Of a DNA stretch of 64,000 nt, positions 47,579-61,110 are shown one piece after another. Every line of letters starts with the position of its first letter. Position 1 is the stretch's first letter. The stretch is from Pelomyxa schiedti (lineage: Eukaryota; Protista; Evosea), in NCBI GenBank assembly GCA_020536535.1, contig JAHLWZ010000832.1:26954-90953 (forward strand). Reading direction: 5' to 3'. Position numbers and translations under genes: made by a program. Below the pieces are notes generated by a model that was given only the letters and a program-made list of their open reading frames with translations, was not told where the DNA came from and did no database searches.

Positions 47579-50500
47579 ATGATGAGGGGTTTGCATGTAA
47601 AGATGGCGAGAATCGCCTTGTTATTATGCCTTGTTTCCTCAAGTGTGTCGCCAGCCACTCTTTTTTTCTCCCCTTCCCCCGTTTTTTTGCGGTGTCATTG
47701 TAGTTGTTGTATCGGTGCTAATGAGATCTGCGTGTTTCACGCGAGTACAGTTGCGGAAGCATCGCTCGTCTCCACGTTGTATTCTGCGTTGATTCCCGGC
47801 GGCGCACAAATTCTGCGAAACTTGGGACCAATTGTGCGGGAAAGCAGTTTGGCAGGAAGGAATTTGCCAATTTCGCAGAGTGACGCCATTTGTGACCTTA
47901 GTGCTTTGTTGCCATCTTCTTGGCCAAAGAACGTTTGTGAAATTCTGTCCAGGGAGGGCTCTGACTATGCGTGCGCCCTGGAGGGAATCACCTGCAATGT
48001 TGTTGATATGACTATCTCAAAAATGTACACTCGTTATCCACACTGTTGCACACTCATTTTGTAGAGATTTGCATTCTCAAAAAATGACTGGTGAATTGCC
48101 GGCATCCCTTGGGAATTTATCCTCCCTGATTTCACTGTGTGTAAATCAAACCTTTTAACTGTGCGACTGGACTAATGCTTTTAAGTGACTTGTCAGACAA
48201 CTATCTTACTGGAAAATTTGATAACCCTCTTTCTGGCATTTCCTTTTGGTTTTCCCCCATTTAAACCAACATTGGCGGTTAACTTTACCTTCAAGTGATC
48301 TCAGTGACAATTGTGTTAATTGCAGTCATTCCATTTGTAACTGCAGTTCACATAGAGCGAATTGCAACGAAATTACTGGATGCTCTGGCTGCTTTATTGG
48401 CCAGGAAGGGGCCTGTTTCCTGGAAGGACAAATTAAGAATGCAACCTGCAAGGTTCCCCCCTTTTTATTCTTGTTGTTTTCCAATCTGCCTCCAAGGTGT
48501 GCAATGCATCTGCAAGCAGGCACTCCTGGTCTTTCCAACCTTTTAAGTCTACATGCGATGATAATTTATGGTGCACTTCTGATGATAAATGCACGGCTGA
48601 TGGACAATGCACCGGAAGTCCCTCTTACTGTGGTGCAGACTGTCTTGGTAGATAGTTTTAAATTTTTTTTCTTTACTTATTAATGCCAAAAGAGCCCAGT
48701 CTTTTCTTTTCCACGGCCACCAATACTGACGGTAATCTGTACACCCAAATTTATGGCATGAATTTTGGACCTCTTGGGGGCAACCCTACAGTGGAAATTG
48801 AGGGTGTAGAGTGCACACATGAGGAAATAACAATAGGAAATTTTCAAATTTCTTGCCTGGTCCCCCCAGGCGCTGGTACAAACAACAATGTAACGGTGTG
48901 GATTCCAAATAAGGGATCTGTTTTGTCTAGAAAGACTTCTGCTGCTATTTTTTCATACAATCGTAAGTAACATCTTGGATTTCCTTGTTTAATACACTGT
49001 AAAGCTCCCCAAATTCTTTCCGTCACAAGTTCTGAGACCCAAGGCTCTGTTATTCAGGTGACTGGTGTAAACTTTGGGCCACTCCGTACACCAGTTGCTG
49101 TTAGTATCAACAACCAAGCGTGCACGAATGCTACAGTTACAATCGCTCACAAGCAGATCTCCTGCAAGGCTCCTGTCGGGCAAGGTACAGGAAAGAACAT
49201 TTCTGTGGTTGTTCCAGTCTCTGCTATCGGGAAATCACAGTCGGACTTGGCTACATTCTTTTCTTATAAAAGTATATGTCTTCCCATTTGTGCTTTGACT
49301 CATTGTGGCCTTTGTAGTTCCAGAAATATTAAGTTGCTCCTCTGTTGATACTACTGGAGGAAAGATAACAATTAGTGGGCGAAATTTTGGCATAGGAAGC
49401 GTCAAAGTCAATTTAACTTTGGATGGTCGGGAGGTGATCTGCGCCAACGCAACTCTCAAGGTGGACCATACCCAAATAACTTGCTATGCCCCTGCTGGAG
49501 TTGGACAGAACAACTTAATCAAGGTCACAGCAGAATCTCAATCAAACCAGGAATACTTATTTTCTTATAACCGTGTGTCCAACTTCCAGTATCGCTTTTA
49601 GTTGTTATTTACTTGTGAAAAGCGCCTGTCATTTATAGTGCCAGCAGTACTAACACTCCTGGTGGACTTACAACAATAACTGGTAAGAATTTTGGACCTG
49701 CTGGGACTTCTGTACTTGTTCTGATCGGGAAGACTGTTTGCGAGCACGCAAATGTTACTGTAAATCACACAACAATACAATGCATTGCTCCTTCTGGGAG
49801 TGGTCGCAACCTGGAAGTATTAGTCTTTGTTCCTTCAGGGTCTCTAAACCAGGGCAATTCCAGTGCCTTTTCCTATGCTGGTATATGACCACCTGCTTCC
49901 ATAAATCTCACATCACCAAGCACCGGATATTATCAATATGACATCTGCTGGGAGTGGTGACCAAACATTAATTTCTGGAACGAATTTTGGGACGTATTCT
50001 TCTGAAATTCGCGTAACTATTGGTGGTGCCGATTGCACCAACTTGGACCTTGCCTTGGAACACTTCAAAATTTCGTGCATTGTCCCTGAAGGTTCCGCTG
50101 TGGTATGAACTTCCCAACCTCCCGTGAAGAAGAACTTCACATTTTCCCAGAACAACACTGTAACCGTATACGTCTCGGGGAATTCCGTCTCCAGAGACAT
50201 GTTCTCTTATCCCCGTTTGATCCTTTCCTCTTCCTTTGAGTGTCTTACAGCATGAAACAGAGCCTTTACTTCTTTCTATTGATAAGACTCCGACTGGCGG
50301 AAGTTCCATGCTAACTTCAATTACCGGTTCCAATTTCGGACTGGATGGCACCAAGGCTACTGTCCGGATAGACGGAAACAGTTGCACTAACGCAACGGTG
50401 AGAGACGGGAAAATCTGGTGCTTGGTTCCTGAAGGCGTTGGTGCTGATTTAACTGTGGAAGTGTGGGTTCCTGATTTAAGTGACCCTAAAGCACAGGGGG

Positions 50501-53500
50501 CATCCTCTACTATTTCTTTCTCGTACAAAGGTGCCACGTATACTTTTTTTTTCTTGGTCTCACTCTACTTCAAGCCCCCGTTATCCAGCTGGGCCTCACC
50601 AGCAAGGCAGATCCCACTGGGAACGATTTGTTGGTTATAAGGGGTGCCAATTTTGGACCCAGTACGGAGATTTCTGAACCATATGTTTCCATCAACAATT
50701 TGGAGTGCACACAAGCTAATATTACGGTTCCTCATACTGAAATTACTTGCCTTCCCCCTCAAGGAGTTGGAACAAGTAATACGCTTCAAGTGCGAGTACC
50801 AAACAGCAAACACTCCCAAGTGTTTACAGTTCTTGGACTTACATACGAAGGTACTCCGGTTCTCCCGTTCTATCTTTTAACTGTGCTTGAAAAAGCCCCT
50901 ATTCTCCTCGACGTTCCCACTCCTGTCGTTGAAGGTGGAATGGAAATTGTCACTGTGTGTACCAAAACACATGGGTGCATTCTTACGAACTTAGGGAGAG
51001 AACTTCGGACCTGGAGGAAGTTGGTACTCGATTACCTATTCCATCGACGGTAAATTCTCAGCTTCCGCCACTTGGGTTAGCCAGACTGCTTTGAGAGTAC
51101 ACTTTCCCTCAGGTGTAGGCTGCTGTCATAACTTCCAGGTTTGCGTCAAAGACCAGTATGCATACGCGAATCTTAACTATTCAGGTGCTTTTTCCTTTTC
51201 TTAGCCTTTTACTTATTTGTTCAGCACCCTCCATATCTAATGCCAGTCGAGCTGACACTGATGGGAGTACTCCAGTTGTACTAGAAATTACAAACCTGGG
51301 TGAAAATGGCACTTTCACAGTTTATATCGGCGGACAAAACTGCACAAACGGACTATACATTGACTCTACTCACGTATCTTGCTATCCACCAGTTGGTACC
51401 GGAACAAACATTGCAGTTGAATTGTGGGTACCAGATATCAGTAACAAACACTCCCAGCGTGCTCAAGAACTCTCTTACTTTAGCTACAACGGTAACATCT
51501 TTTGCCTCTCACTCCTGCTGTTTTAAGGCTATCCAGGACCTACCATTTTTTCTGTTGACCCACCTCCAACTGACGGCGGTTTTGTGCAAGTTACAGGGAC
51601 AAATTTCGGGCAGGCATGTTATTTTTTAAACAAAGAACCACTAAGTCCCTGTAGGAAAGTTCTGATGTTATGGTTTATGTGAATGGGATCCCAACCACAC
51701 TTTACACTTTGTCGGTTCCTCACAAAGTGATATCCCTGGACATCCCTCCTGGTTGTGGAAGTGACAGTAGCGTAACAGTAACGGTTGGAGGACAGTCTTC
51801 AAGCACAACCTTCACCTATGCGGGTTTGTTTTATTCCATGTTCAATAAAAATCTCATGGTGGTTCCACTTCAGCCCCAACAGTGGGAAACGCAACACCTG
51901 TACTCTCTGGCCATGGGATAACTTCACTGACAGGTTTTTTTTTTACATTTATCTTTCCTTGAACTCAGACAAACCCTGTAGGGTCCAATTTTGGTGTCAA
52001 TGCAAGTATTATTTCTGTGAATATTGTTGGTGTTGGCCCTTGCACTAATGTCACTGTTGCTGTACCTCATAAATCAATCACCTGTGTGGCACCCCTTAGT
52101 GACGCAAGCGGTACCTTTCCCTTGCAAGTTTGTGTAGACCATGTTTGCGCCACCTCAGCAAATGTTCTTGAGTTCACGGACATCATTCCACCATCGTGCT
52201 TCCTTTCACTTGAAAGCAGTAAAACTTCGGGTTTTGCTGAAGTTATTCTCACTTGCAATGAAACGGTGTGGGGGATTTCTGCTGAGGACTTTGCTACCCA
52301 GGGACATTGCACTGTGGATACTGTTTCATCTTCTTTGTATGAACTGGATTTCTCCCAGCGGCAGAATTCCTTCACAATTAAAGTAAAACACACCAAAATG
52401 AAACATGCCAACTGTTCCCTTGTATTACTTGCTGGGCACGCGAAGGATTACCATAATAACACAGCTCCTGCTTCAAACAAAATTTGGATGGATTTTGGTG
52501 TGTTGATTTTATTTCTATCTACCACTCAAATGTCTAGCACAAAACGAGAATACAAAGATCATCATAGGTGGGTCTGTAGGTGGCTTTGCATTCCTCGCTG
52601 GTGCTATTGTGGTAGCTGCTGTGGTCCTTAAAAAACTCTCGTAACTTCCTGCACCCTTTTTTTTATTTTTATTGAGAGAGCTGCGCAGGAAACAACCACC
52701 CCCTATCACGCTTGATGTTGAAGAGGATGTGGTCTTCTTTGACGAAGGCTCTGGGACTGTACCTCTACCGCCATCTTCAAGGTTTCCTACTATTTTTCCC
52801 TTATATAATTTTCATTTTCCCGCAGTGAAGTTAGCCAGGACACATTCCCCTTACAAGTACTTTTTTTTTAAATCGGTCAACAAAACCTGAATGCTGTAGG
52901 TTTCTGCACTAAGTTTGACTTTTGGTCTTGAAGGCCACAGGGCTAAAGTCTCTCAGGAACTGAGTGAAACACTAACCCTCTTGAATGACACAAAACATAC
53001 TTGGAGTTTCAAATTCTTCGAGCCCAAATCATATAAGTTTAGGCTCTCTTTCAGTCCTGACCAGGGACTGCTTCGTCCTGTTCGTTTTTCTCATCTGTTT
53101 TTTTCTTTCATCACTTTGACTCAGAAATCCTCACTTCCTGTAAATGTGAAAGCCATGATAAACTGCACCACCCACATTGACTGTACTGTAGCTCTGGCAG
53201 TTTCTGTGGGTAGGACAAGCTTTTATTTTGAAGGTGCCTTTTAAACTACAAACAGGGAAGGAGTTTGGAAAGAAAAAGATACAGCACCTTCTAATACGTT
53301 GGGCTTCAGAATCCAAGCTTTCAACTAAGATAGATCCCACTGAAATTGAACTGGAAACTCCAGCCATCGGTAAGGCTTTCATTTATCACTATGCTGTGCT
53401 AACAGTGGTTAGGTGAAGGTAACAGCTATTGCTCTCACTTGAACATTCCTACCCTGGGTAATAGGTACATTTGGTTCGGTTTTCAGAGGCGCCTGGAGAG

Positions 53501-54812
53501 GGCAACAAGTTGCCGTCAAGGTTTGTAATGGCTCTGAAGTGAGTTCACACTTTATTAACAAGTTTTCAGATAATGAAAGATCAAAATAATTTGACTCCCG
53601 AAAGAAAGGAAGCGTTTCTCCACGAGGTTTTCCACTTTTTTATACCTATCCGTTTAACTTTGTAACAAGGTTCAAGTGATGGAGTCTATTCATTGTCCCT
53701 ATGTAAATAAATTTCTCTGTCATCCACTGCTGAAACTTTTTTTAGATAGTCAACTTTATTGGTGCTGTGTACGTGAAAGGCAAACTAGCCATCATGAGTG
53801 TACCAACCTTTTGCCGTTGTGCTTTTTTGGTAAAAAAATTTGTAGGAATTTGTGGAACTAGGAAGTTTGGGTTCCGTAATGCGGCAGTACAAATTGACCC
53901 CGGCCCAGAAGCTTCGAATTCTTCTTGATGCAGCCAAGGGAATGAATTTCCTCCATAAGGTAAGAGGATGTTCCTTAAGTCTTCGTTTCACTGAAGGTTG
54001 CTCTGAATAGAGTGGAATAGTTCACAGGTTGTTGCACGACACTTTGACAAGTGACTTAACTACAACAGAGATCTGAAGATTGATAACGTCCTTGTCTCGT
54101 CCATTGATGAAACAAGTACTGTGTGTTCTAAGATATCCGATTTCGGAACCACAAGGGATATTCAAACTTCAAAAGACGCTATGCAAATGACCAAGGCTAT
54201 TGGGTACCCTGCTCTATGCAATCCACATCCTTTATTTATCCCTTTTCAGAACCCCCACATATATGGCCCCTGAAGTTCTTCAGAACAATACTTACGGCCC
54301 CCCTTCTGATGTGTACAGGTATGTCTAACTGTACTTTCTGGCCGTGCTCATTCCTCCTAGCTATGGTGTTCTGGCTTATTCCCTGTTTATTGAAGGAGGT
54401 ACTTCCTTCTTCCCCCCCCCCCCCCTTTTTTTTTTTTTTACCTTGACCTCGCCCCAGATCCTTACAGTGGTCCTGAGTTCAGTTCCAGTTGGAGTATGTT
54501 TCCTTTTGTTCTCAGCAAACGTTATAGTAAAATAACACAGGAATGTGTGAATTTGTACTGTCGGGAAAGGTTAGATTTCCTCCTGTCTTCCTTTATCAAT
54601 CACCGCTCACACCAAAACAGAGGTTACCGCTGCCTAAAAATCTTCCCGAAGTGATGGTTACCCTGATCCCGCTATGTTGGGCCCAAACTCCAGAGGAGAG
54701 ACCCAGTATGCCTCCACGCCCTCTTTTTAGTATCACACTATGCCGGTTTATTGACTTATCCCAAACAGCCTTCAAGGACATCGTGGCTACCATTGAAGGT
54801 ACTCACGAGTGA
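47579..54812 (+). CDS. Transmembrane receptor protein kinase: LRR + Cys-rich + ~11 IPT/TIG repeats + TM + TKL kinase (Entamoeba TMK-like)
   Basis: Repeated GxNFG...CT...H..I.C..P.G.G...FSY IPT units. TM IIIGGSVGGFAFLAGAIVVAAVVL. ESKLSTKIDPTEI, GEGTFG, VAVK, HRDLKIDN, SDFG, GTPTYMAPE, DVYSYG, CWAQTPEERPTF. Confidence 0.92.
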
Positions 54813-55117
54813 GGTTGAGGTGTTGTGTTTAGTTGTGTATGAAAAAGGCAGGGGCACAGTAAAACCCAAAAAGAAAAAACAATTTTGCATCAAAGTTTCA
54901 TCTCCTTCCTCTGCCTCGCCTCCAAAGAGATCACCGAACTTCTTGCTGGGCGAAATCTCACACGTCGCTTCCCTTTGTGGAAGATCAACGTACACTGAGG
55001 TAACTTTCAGCGAACCATTTTTCATCAACGATTTTCCGGTCGGAAGAATGAAACAAAGATCCGAAGGAAAATAAATAACAAAATTAAAACAGAACACAAC
55101 CCCACTCAAAGATCGCG

Positions 55118-58100
55118 ATGAGACTTTGTACCGGCGTTTGTGGCGGCGGCACAGCGGAGAAGCGACAAAGCAGATCTTCTAAGATCCTTGGAGCGAGGGG
55201 TGTTTCTGCTTGGGTGGGAAGACACACTAGGCTGTCGTTGGTGGTACTGTCACTGGGATTGACTTTGCTCTCTGCTGGTGCAGTTTGGTTGGTTTGGTTT
55301 CTCATGACACGAACTATGATCCACTGGGTGACTGGCAGCGCCATTGATGCAGCATCAGAAAGTGCGTTTTTTTGTACTGTTCTACCCGATTGGCCGACTT
55401 GGTACTAACACCTGTTCAGTGGTCATTGATGAAGCTCTGGAGAGCCTCTATGTATCCTCTTCTTTATATTTCTTTGTAGTCGTTGAAATTCAGCAGGTAA
55501 TGGAAAACCAAGTGGACTACCTTTCTTTGGAGATGACATTCCGGTCTGCACATAACGCTTCCGATCTCTGGCCAAGCCAAGCCAGTGCCATTGCTAGAGT
55601 AGTTTCCCTATAGTGTGTTAACTAATGGGAAACTAATTTTAATGTAGGACTTGAACCAACTGTCTATGATAATTCTCCCAGCACACCCTGAAACATTTAA
55701 TGCCTCTAATATTTCCAAGTGCAAGGCCTCGCTTGTTGACGTGGTTAGTTTCCCTTTTTCGGGATGTACTTTTAATGTTTATTGGGAGTACAGACACTTG
55801 TCTTGGTTTCACCCGTTGAAAGCAATATTTTTGTTGTAATTAAGGAGCCGTTTGGACCACTATGTGGCTATACTACTTCCTCGAGCAGTCCCGAGCTAAC
55901 TGGCCCGCTATTGTGTGATGACCGAGTTGTGCCCTGGCCAGTTCTCCTTCAGGGAGCCTTAAAAACTGGCTCTGGGTTCAGTGAACCTATGGAATTCGAT
56001 TTATTGTAGCCTCATGCCTTGCTTTTAATGTCTAACATTGCTCAGAGGGACAGAGCGATTATTGATTAACGTGGAAAAGGTAACCTTTCCAATTTACAGT
56101 ATTTCAATCAGTCTAATCATGCAAAGATTCTTTACTCCAACTCCGGCTTTCCCATTGCCTGGGTTATCAGTGGTCTTCAAATAACCTTGGTAATAGCTTC
56201 CATAACCAATCTATGTTTCTTAGGAACCTAATTAGATCACAAACCTCCTCTCCACGATAGAGTTTGAGGGAGATGGCTTTGGATACTTCGTTGACAAATC
56301 TGGTGCGTTGGCAGCTGTCTTAGGGCAGACGGATATTAAAGAAGTAGAGCTAGGGTATAGAGATCCCTGGAATTGTCAATTTATTTTCACTAGCCTTGTG
56401 GATCCCGCAAATTGTTCTGATCCCAGAATTTCCTCCACTATGAAATTCATAACAAACAAAGTGAACCTTGCGACACTATATAACTCCACCCGCTTTTCTT
56501 ATTCTGACAATACGGGCCACTTCTTTCTGTATCCTCTATCCATCTCATTCCTCTGCTCTAATTTATTTCTTCTTCCCAGTGAAGGTACGAATAAAAAAAG
56601 CTTCCAGGATTTTGAATTAACCAAAGCTCAGTAACCTACGTAGAACCATTTCCAGAAACAAAATGGCTTCTTGTTCTGGCTTTATCTTCAGAGTAAGAAA
56701 TGATAATAGGAATAAGAATCTACATACAAAACCTTGCACAGAGAGTACACACGGAATGGCACCCGGAGTACTACCATCTCACTCAGTATCACAGCTGTTG
56801 TTGTGACGCTTTTAATTTTCGTCGGGTAAGCCTGAACAAATGCCAATTTACTAAAGCTTTTTAGTGTGTTTTCGTCCGTTTCACTGAGTAAAAGAACATC
56901 AGCGATCAGCCCAGAAGGAAAAATTGATCTGGATACTGGGATCACCAAAGTTTTCCAGCGTTTGTGTAGGCATTTACTAAGTCTTTGCCAAAAAGATATT
57001 AGAAAAACTCAAGACGATTCGATCGAATCTCGATACTGGCGCTCAACATGCAATAGACGATGTAATATCCAATATAACGCAAACAAGTGCACTATTTGTG
57101 CCAGATTTCCGCAACCAAGCCCAGTTGCTCGATTCGGATGTTAAGGAGTGGTATGTATATTTTTCTGTGGATAAATCTAAAGGAATTCAAAGGTTACACC
57201 AGGAAGTTGTCCAGCTCAAAGGATACTCTCCAGAGGCTACTCCACATATTCCGGATTCTTTGTTCAATCAGGACGGAGATATCGAAATAGGTTTCTCCAA
57301 TGAGAGCATTGCCTGTCTTCCCGCCTTGGGATCGTTTGATTACCCAGTATGTCCTCAGTTAGCGGAAGACGTTTTCATATGATTTCACAGATTTTCGAGC
57401 AGTCTTCTGCTAATATTCTACAGAGAGTGGCTATGCAAGTGAGTCCTGAATGAAAAGTTTTTTGGGTCTAAAATACATAAGGTTCTTGAGGCACTAGATG
57501 TGCTTTTTCGGCTGAATATATCCCCTTCTTCAGTTCAGTTATTCATGCAAGAAGTTGAAGACCTGTACCAAGTAAATCCCTTCGTACAAACCAGTTAGAG
57601 TGATAACGTTAATTTCAGTCCAACTTCTACCATAACAAAGTTCATGCGGCTGATGTAGTACAGTGTCTATTCTATCTTTTGACACACGGATTAATGGAGA
57701 AAATTTGTAGCCCTACCCACAGCAGAGCGGATTGCCTCACTGTATTTTGTCTTATTATTGCTGGCGTTGTACATGATGTTGGTCACCCAGGCGTAAATAA
57801 TGTAATAACTACTATCAAGTCTGCTTCCATTTCACCATTTCTGCAGGCATTTTTAATTGCCTCAAGTGATGACCTTGCGCTCAGATACAATGGTGTGCTG
57901 TATTCCTCAAGATAATATACACTAAAACCATCGAGATAAGAGTGTTTTGGAAAATTTTCATTGTAGCACGGCAATGCAAATGATTGTGAGGAAGTACGCA
58001 AAGGAATGGAATATTTCTGTGGGAGAGCTGAAATATCGTACAACTGCTTTTCCTCCACTTTAGAACCTGATGTTAATAAGTTAGAACAAGCATTGTGAGT

Positions 58101-58676
58101 TTGATCCTCTCCACCGACATGTCTGTTCACTTTGAGATTATTTCAAAATTCAAGGTTTGGGTCTTCCCGATGTACGCAACTCAATTTGTTGCTGGACAGG
58201 CATTAACACAAGACCCCAAATGTAATTTTATTGACAACGCAGAACATAGAATCCAACTTATGTCAGTAGCAATGAAAACCGCCGACATCTCCAACGTACC
58301 GTCTTCGTTCCTCCCACAAAATCGACCAACACTTTCTAACAAACTGCGCGCCTCTCACCAGGTGATGCGGCCGCACTCCAAAATGCTTCAGTGGGTGTCC
58401 AACCTCACACAAGAGTTCTTCAGCCAGGGAGACAAAGAGCAGCACCTAGGGCTGCCCCTTTCTCCTTTCACAGACCGTTCCGCCGGCCTCACCAAACTCC
58501 CAAAGCTACAAACCAACTTCATCACGATTCTGGCCGAACCACTCCTTCTTTCTTACCACCTGGTATGTCCTGTAACCGAATTGCTGGACAACCTGCACAC
58601 CAACTTCAAGTTCTGGGATTCAACAGACTCCAGTTTTGCTTCCAGTGAGACCTTCCACTGGGCCAACAGCCCATAA
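55118..58676 (+). CDS. Membrane-anchored class I 3',5'-cyclic nucleotide phosphodiesterase
   Basis: FYHNKVHAADV, HDVGHPGVNN, YN|DKSVLENFH, ILSTDM, KTADISN, EFFSQGDKE. Two TM helices flank a several-hundred-aa extracellular region. Confidence 0.92.
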
Positions 58677-59171
58677 GTCACAAGGCACCCACTGTATCAC
58701 ATTGTGGAGGATTGTAAAGAGTAACTTCGGGCTAGTGAGAAAAAAATGCCGGCGCACCGTTAGGTATTACCAGGTACTGGAGCCTTTTTTTTAGGGAGGC
58801 ACAGGAACCCATAAGTTCAGTTACGGGGAAATTTTTTGGTACAAAGGAGGGAAAAAGGGCTTTGCTAATGCCCTCCCCATCAGATGGCACTGATAACTCA
58901 TAACTTGTAGTAACTCGGATGATACTCCTCTCGGGGAGACACTGATACCACAAGTTGCGGAAAAGCCCAAAATTTCTTCTCTATCAGTGTTTGGGAGCGA
59001 CACCCTTGGGGGGCTGTATATTTTTTTTTGGCGCAGAAAGCTCCCCAGAACTGTTCGGGGGAACAGTGCGACTGTCCACTGAGTTCATCCTGGGCATGTA
59101 CAACACGCAGGGGGAGTCTCCCAATGAAGTGAGAATGAAACATAAGGGTCTGCTTCACAGGCTTAAAAAAA

Positions 59172-60890
59172 ATGAATCGAGGAGATGAGGAAATGACGCC
59201 GACGTCCGACGCGAGCGCGGCGTTTCCCTCGAGATCTGAGGTTGTTGGCTGTGGGGGGCTAATGGAGTGCCCCTTCGTGGACCTGCCGGCAGAGTTGAAT
59301 GACTTCATTTTCTCGTTTCTGACAGTCAACGAATTGGCCAAAGTGTGTCGCGTAAGCCGCTCGTGGCGCTGGTTTTCGATGGGAATGCCGACCTGGAACA
59401 CGACGTTCGTAAGGCTCTTGCCGGCGTCTGATGTGCTCCCTCCTCCACGGGTCTGCCACGCCGCCATGTTTCACAAGGGACAATTATGGGTTGTATCTGG
59501 TGACCAAGGTAAAAAAATCGCACCCTCCTTGCATCAACATAATTGTTCTGTTTCGTGCCTATTCTTGGCACTAAATGAGGTTATTTTCTCCGCACAGGGA
59601 ATCCTTATGTAGGCACAATCCAACATATACAAAACAATATGTGGCGTTTTGATTTTGGTATGAGGCTCCCCCGTTCTCCATGAACCACCCCACCAACTGC
59701 ATACAAAGCAACCTCCCATCACAGCAACCCGCTTGTGGACCCCTGTTCCCACTCTCGAGCTCCCATGCACTGAAGTATCAGTTGTACAGTACAATGGCTT
59801 TGGTTACATTTTCGGTGGCAACAGCAGCAGTGTATTCTCTAATACTATTTGGCAACTAGACTTCGGTTTTTTCCTTATAAAGATAGATTACCGTTAACTT
59901 CTGCTCAGAAACAGTAAAATTAACTCCAATTACGCCCGCTTCTGCTACACTTCCCCCTCCGAGGTCAGCTCATTGTGCTGTTCTTTACAAATCCAGAATG
60001 CAAGTACCCAGTACGGTCCTACAATTCTTACTCCTTTAGGTACGTTTTTGGGGGTTGGAACGCCTCTACCACTTATGATGACTTCTGGGAATTTGACTTT
60101 GGTACAAGCTCACTTTCAATGAATGATATAGAAATGTAACTTTTACAGAAACCCTCCTTTGGCGTCAAATTATTGCCCCAGGTTCCCCTCGAAAATGTAG
60201 AACTCAGAAGGCAGTTGTTTTCAAAGACTACATGTACATTTTACATTATTTGTTAACAAATTCAACAAATAATTTCCGACAGGTACATTATGGGAGGTTG
60301 GGACAGTCAAACACCACCTGAAGAATTTAATAAAATGTATAGATTTGATTTTAGTATGCGCATTCTTTGAATAAAGAATCCCACTAATTGGCTCCAGATA
60401 CTTCCTCCTGGGAACAGGTAATAACACAGGGCCCTCTTCCCACAGGTAGAGGGAGGCTGGCTCTCGTTCAACACCCAACCCGCCCTGTGGTACTTTTCCC
60501 AATATCAAGTGAAAGGAATCGAATCCACACTCAACCACCTAAAAACAGATCTATATGTTTGGTGGCTGGAATAGAAAAGACCATTATGGAGAGCTCAATG
60601 CTCTGGACTTGAGTACTTCCACTCCTTTTTTTTTCTTTGTTACCTCTGTCCGAACTAACTAGTTCAACAGATACCAATACCTGGTCAGTACTCGATTCGA
60701 ATCTATCTGTTATCACAGGTGGACTTGCACAGTGTGCGTGCAATACAATCTCATGGCTGGACAAGCAGTTCCTTCTGGTACGGGAGTGGAATATTACCCT
60801 ATTGCTTACACAAATTTGCCACAGGTTTCATTTGGGTATTGGAGAAAAGAAGACAGAGCAACCAGTAATTTATTGCTTCTGAAGTTCTGA
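59172..60890 (+). CDS. F-box/kelch-repeat protein
   Basis: F-box FVDLPAELNDFIFSFLTVNELAKVCRVSRSWR. Kelch motifs PPPRVCHAA, GYIFGGN, PPPRSAHCAV, YVFGGWN, IYMFGGWN. Confidence 0.9.
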
Positions 60891-61110
60891 GCTATACAAG
60901 ACAGCACTGAGCAGTGGGATAAGAACTTTTTTTTAAAAAAGTCATTGTGCTTCCCCCCACCTACACTTTCCAAACTTTGTTACGGGCAATGACACCTTAA
61001 CACCCCGGCTCACACTCCGGGATCTTGATGGATCTACAGCAACTGCCCTTTCTCCAAAACAAAGAAAAAAAACAAAAAACAAACCCAAAAGGCGGCCACA
61101 CGATCACAAG

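Noticed and set aside
55452-56579. GTATCCT donors (55452, 56529; also 14795 and 27166 on the minus strand) as evidence of minor introns
   Set aside because: There is no convincing CCTTAAC branch point in the PDE introns, and GTAT plus pyrimidines is common among the degenerate donors here. intronIC scoring would be needed.
58919-58946. SECIS-like ATGA...TGA hairpin downstream of the PDE
   Set aside because: Helix II is too short, there is no apical AA, and the PDE has no in-frame TGA.
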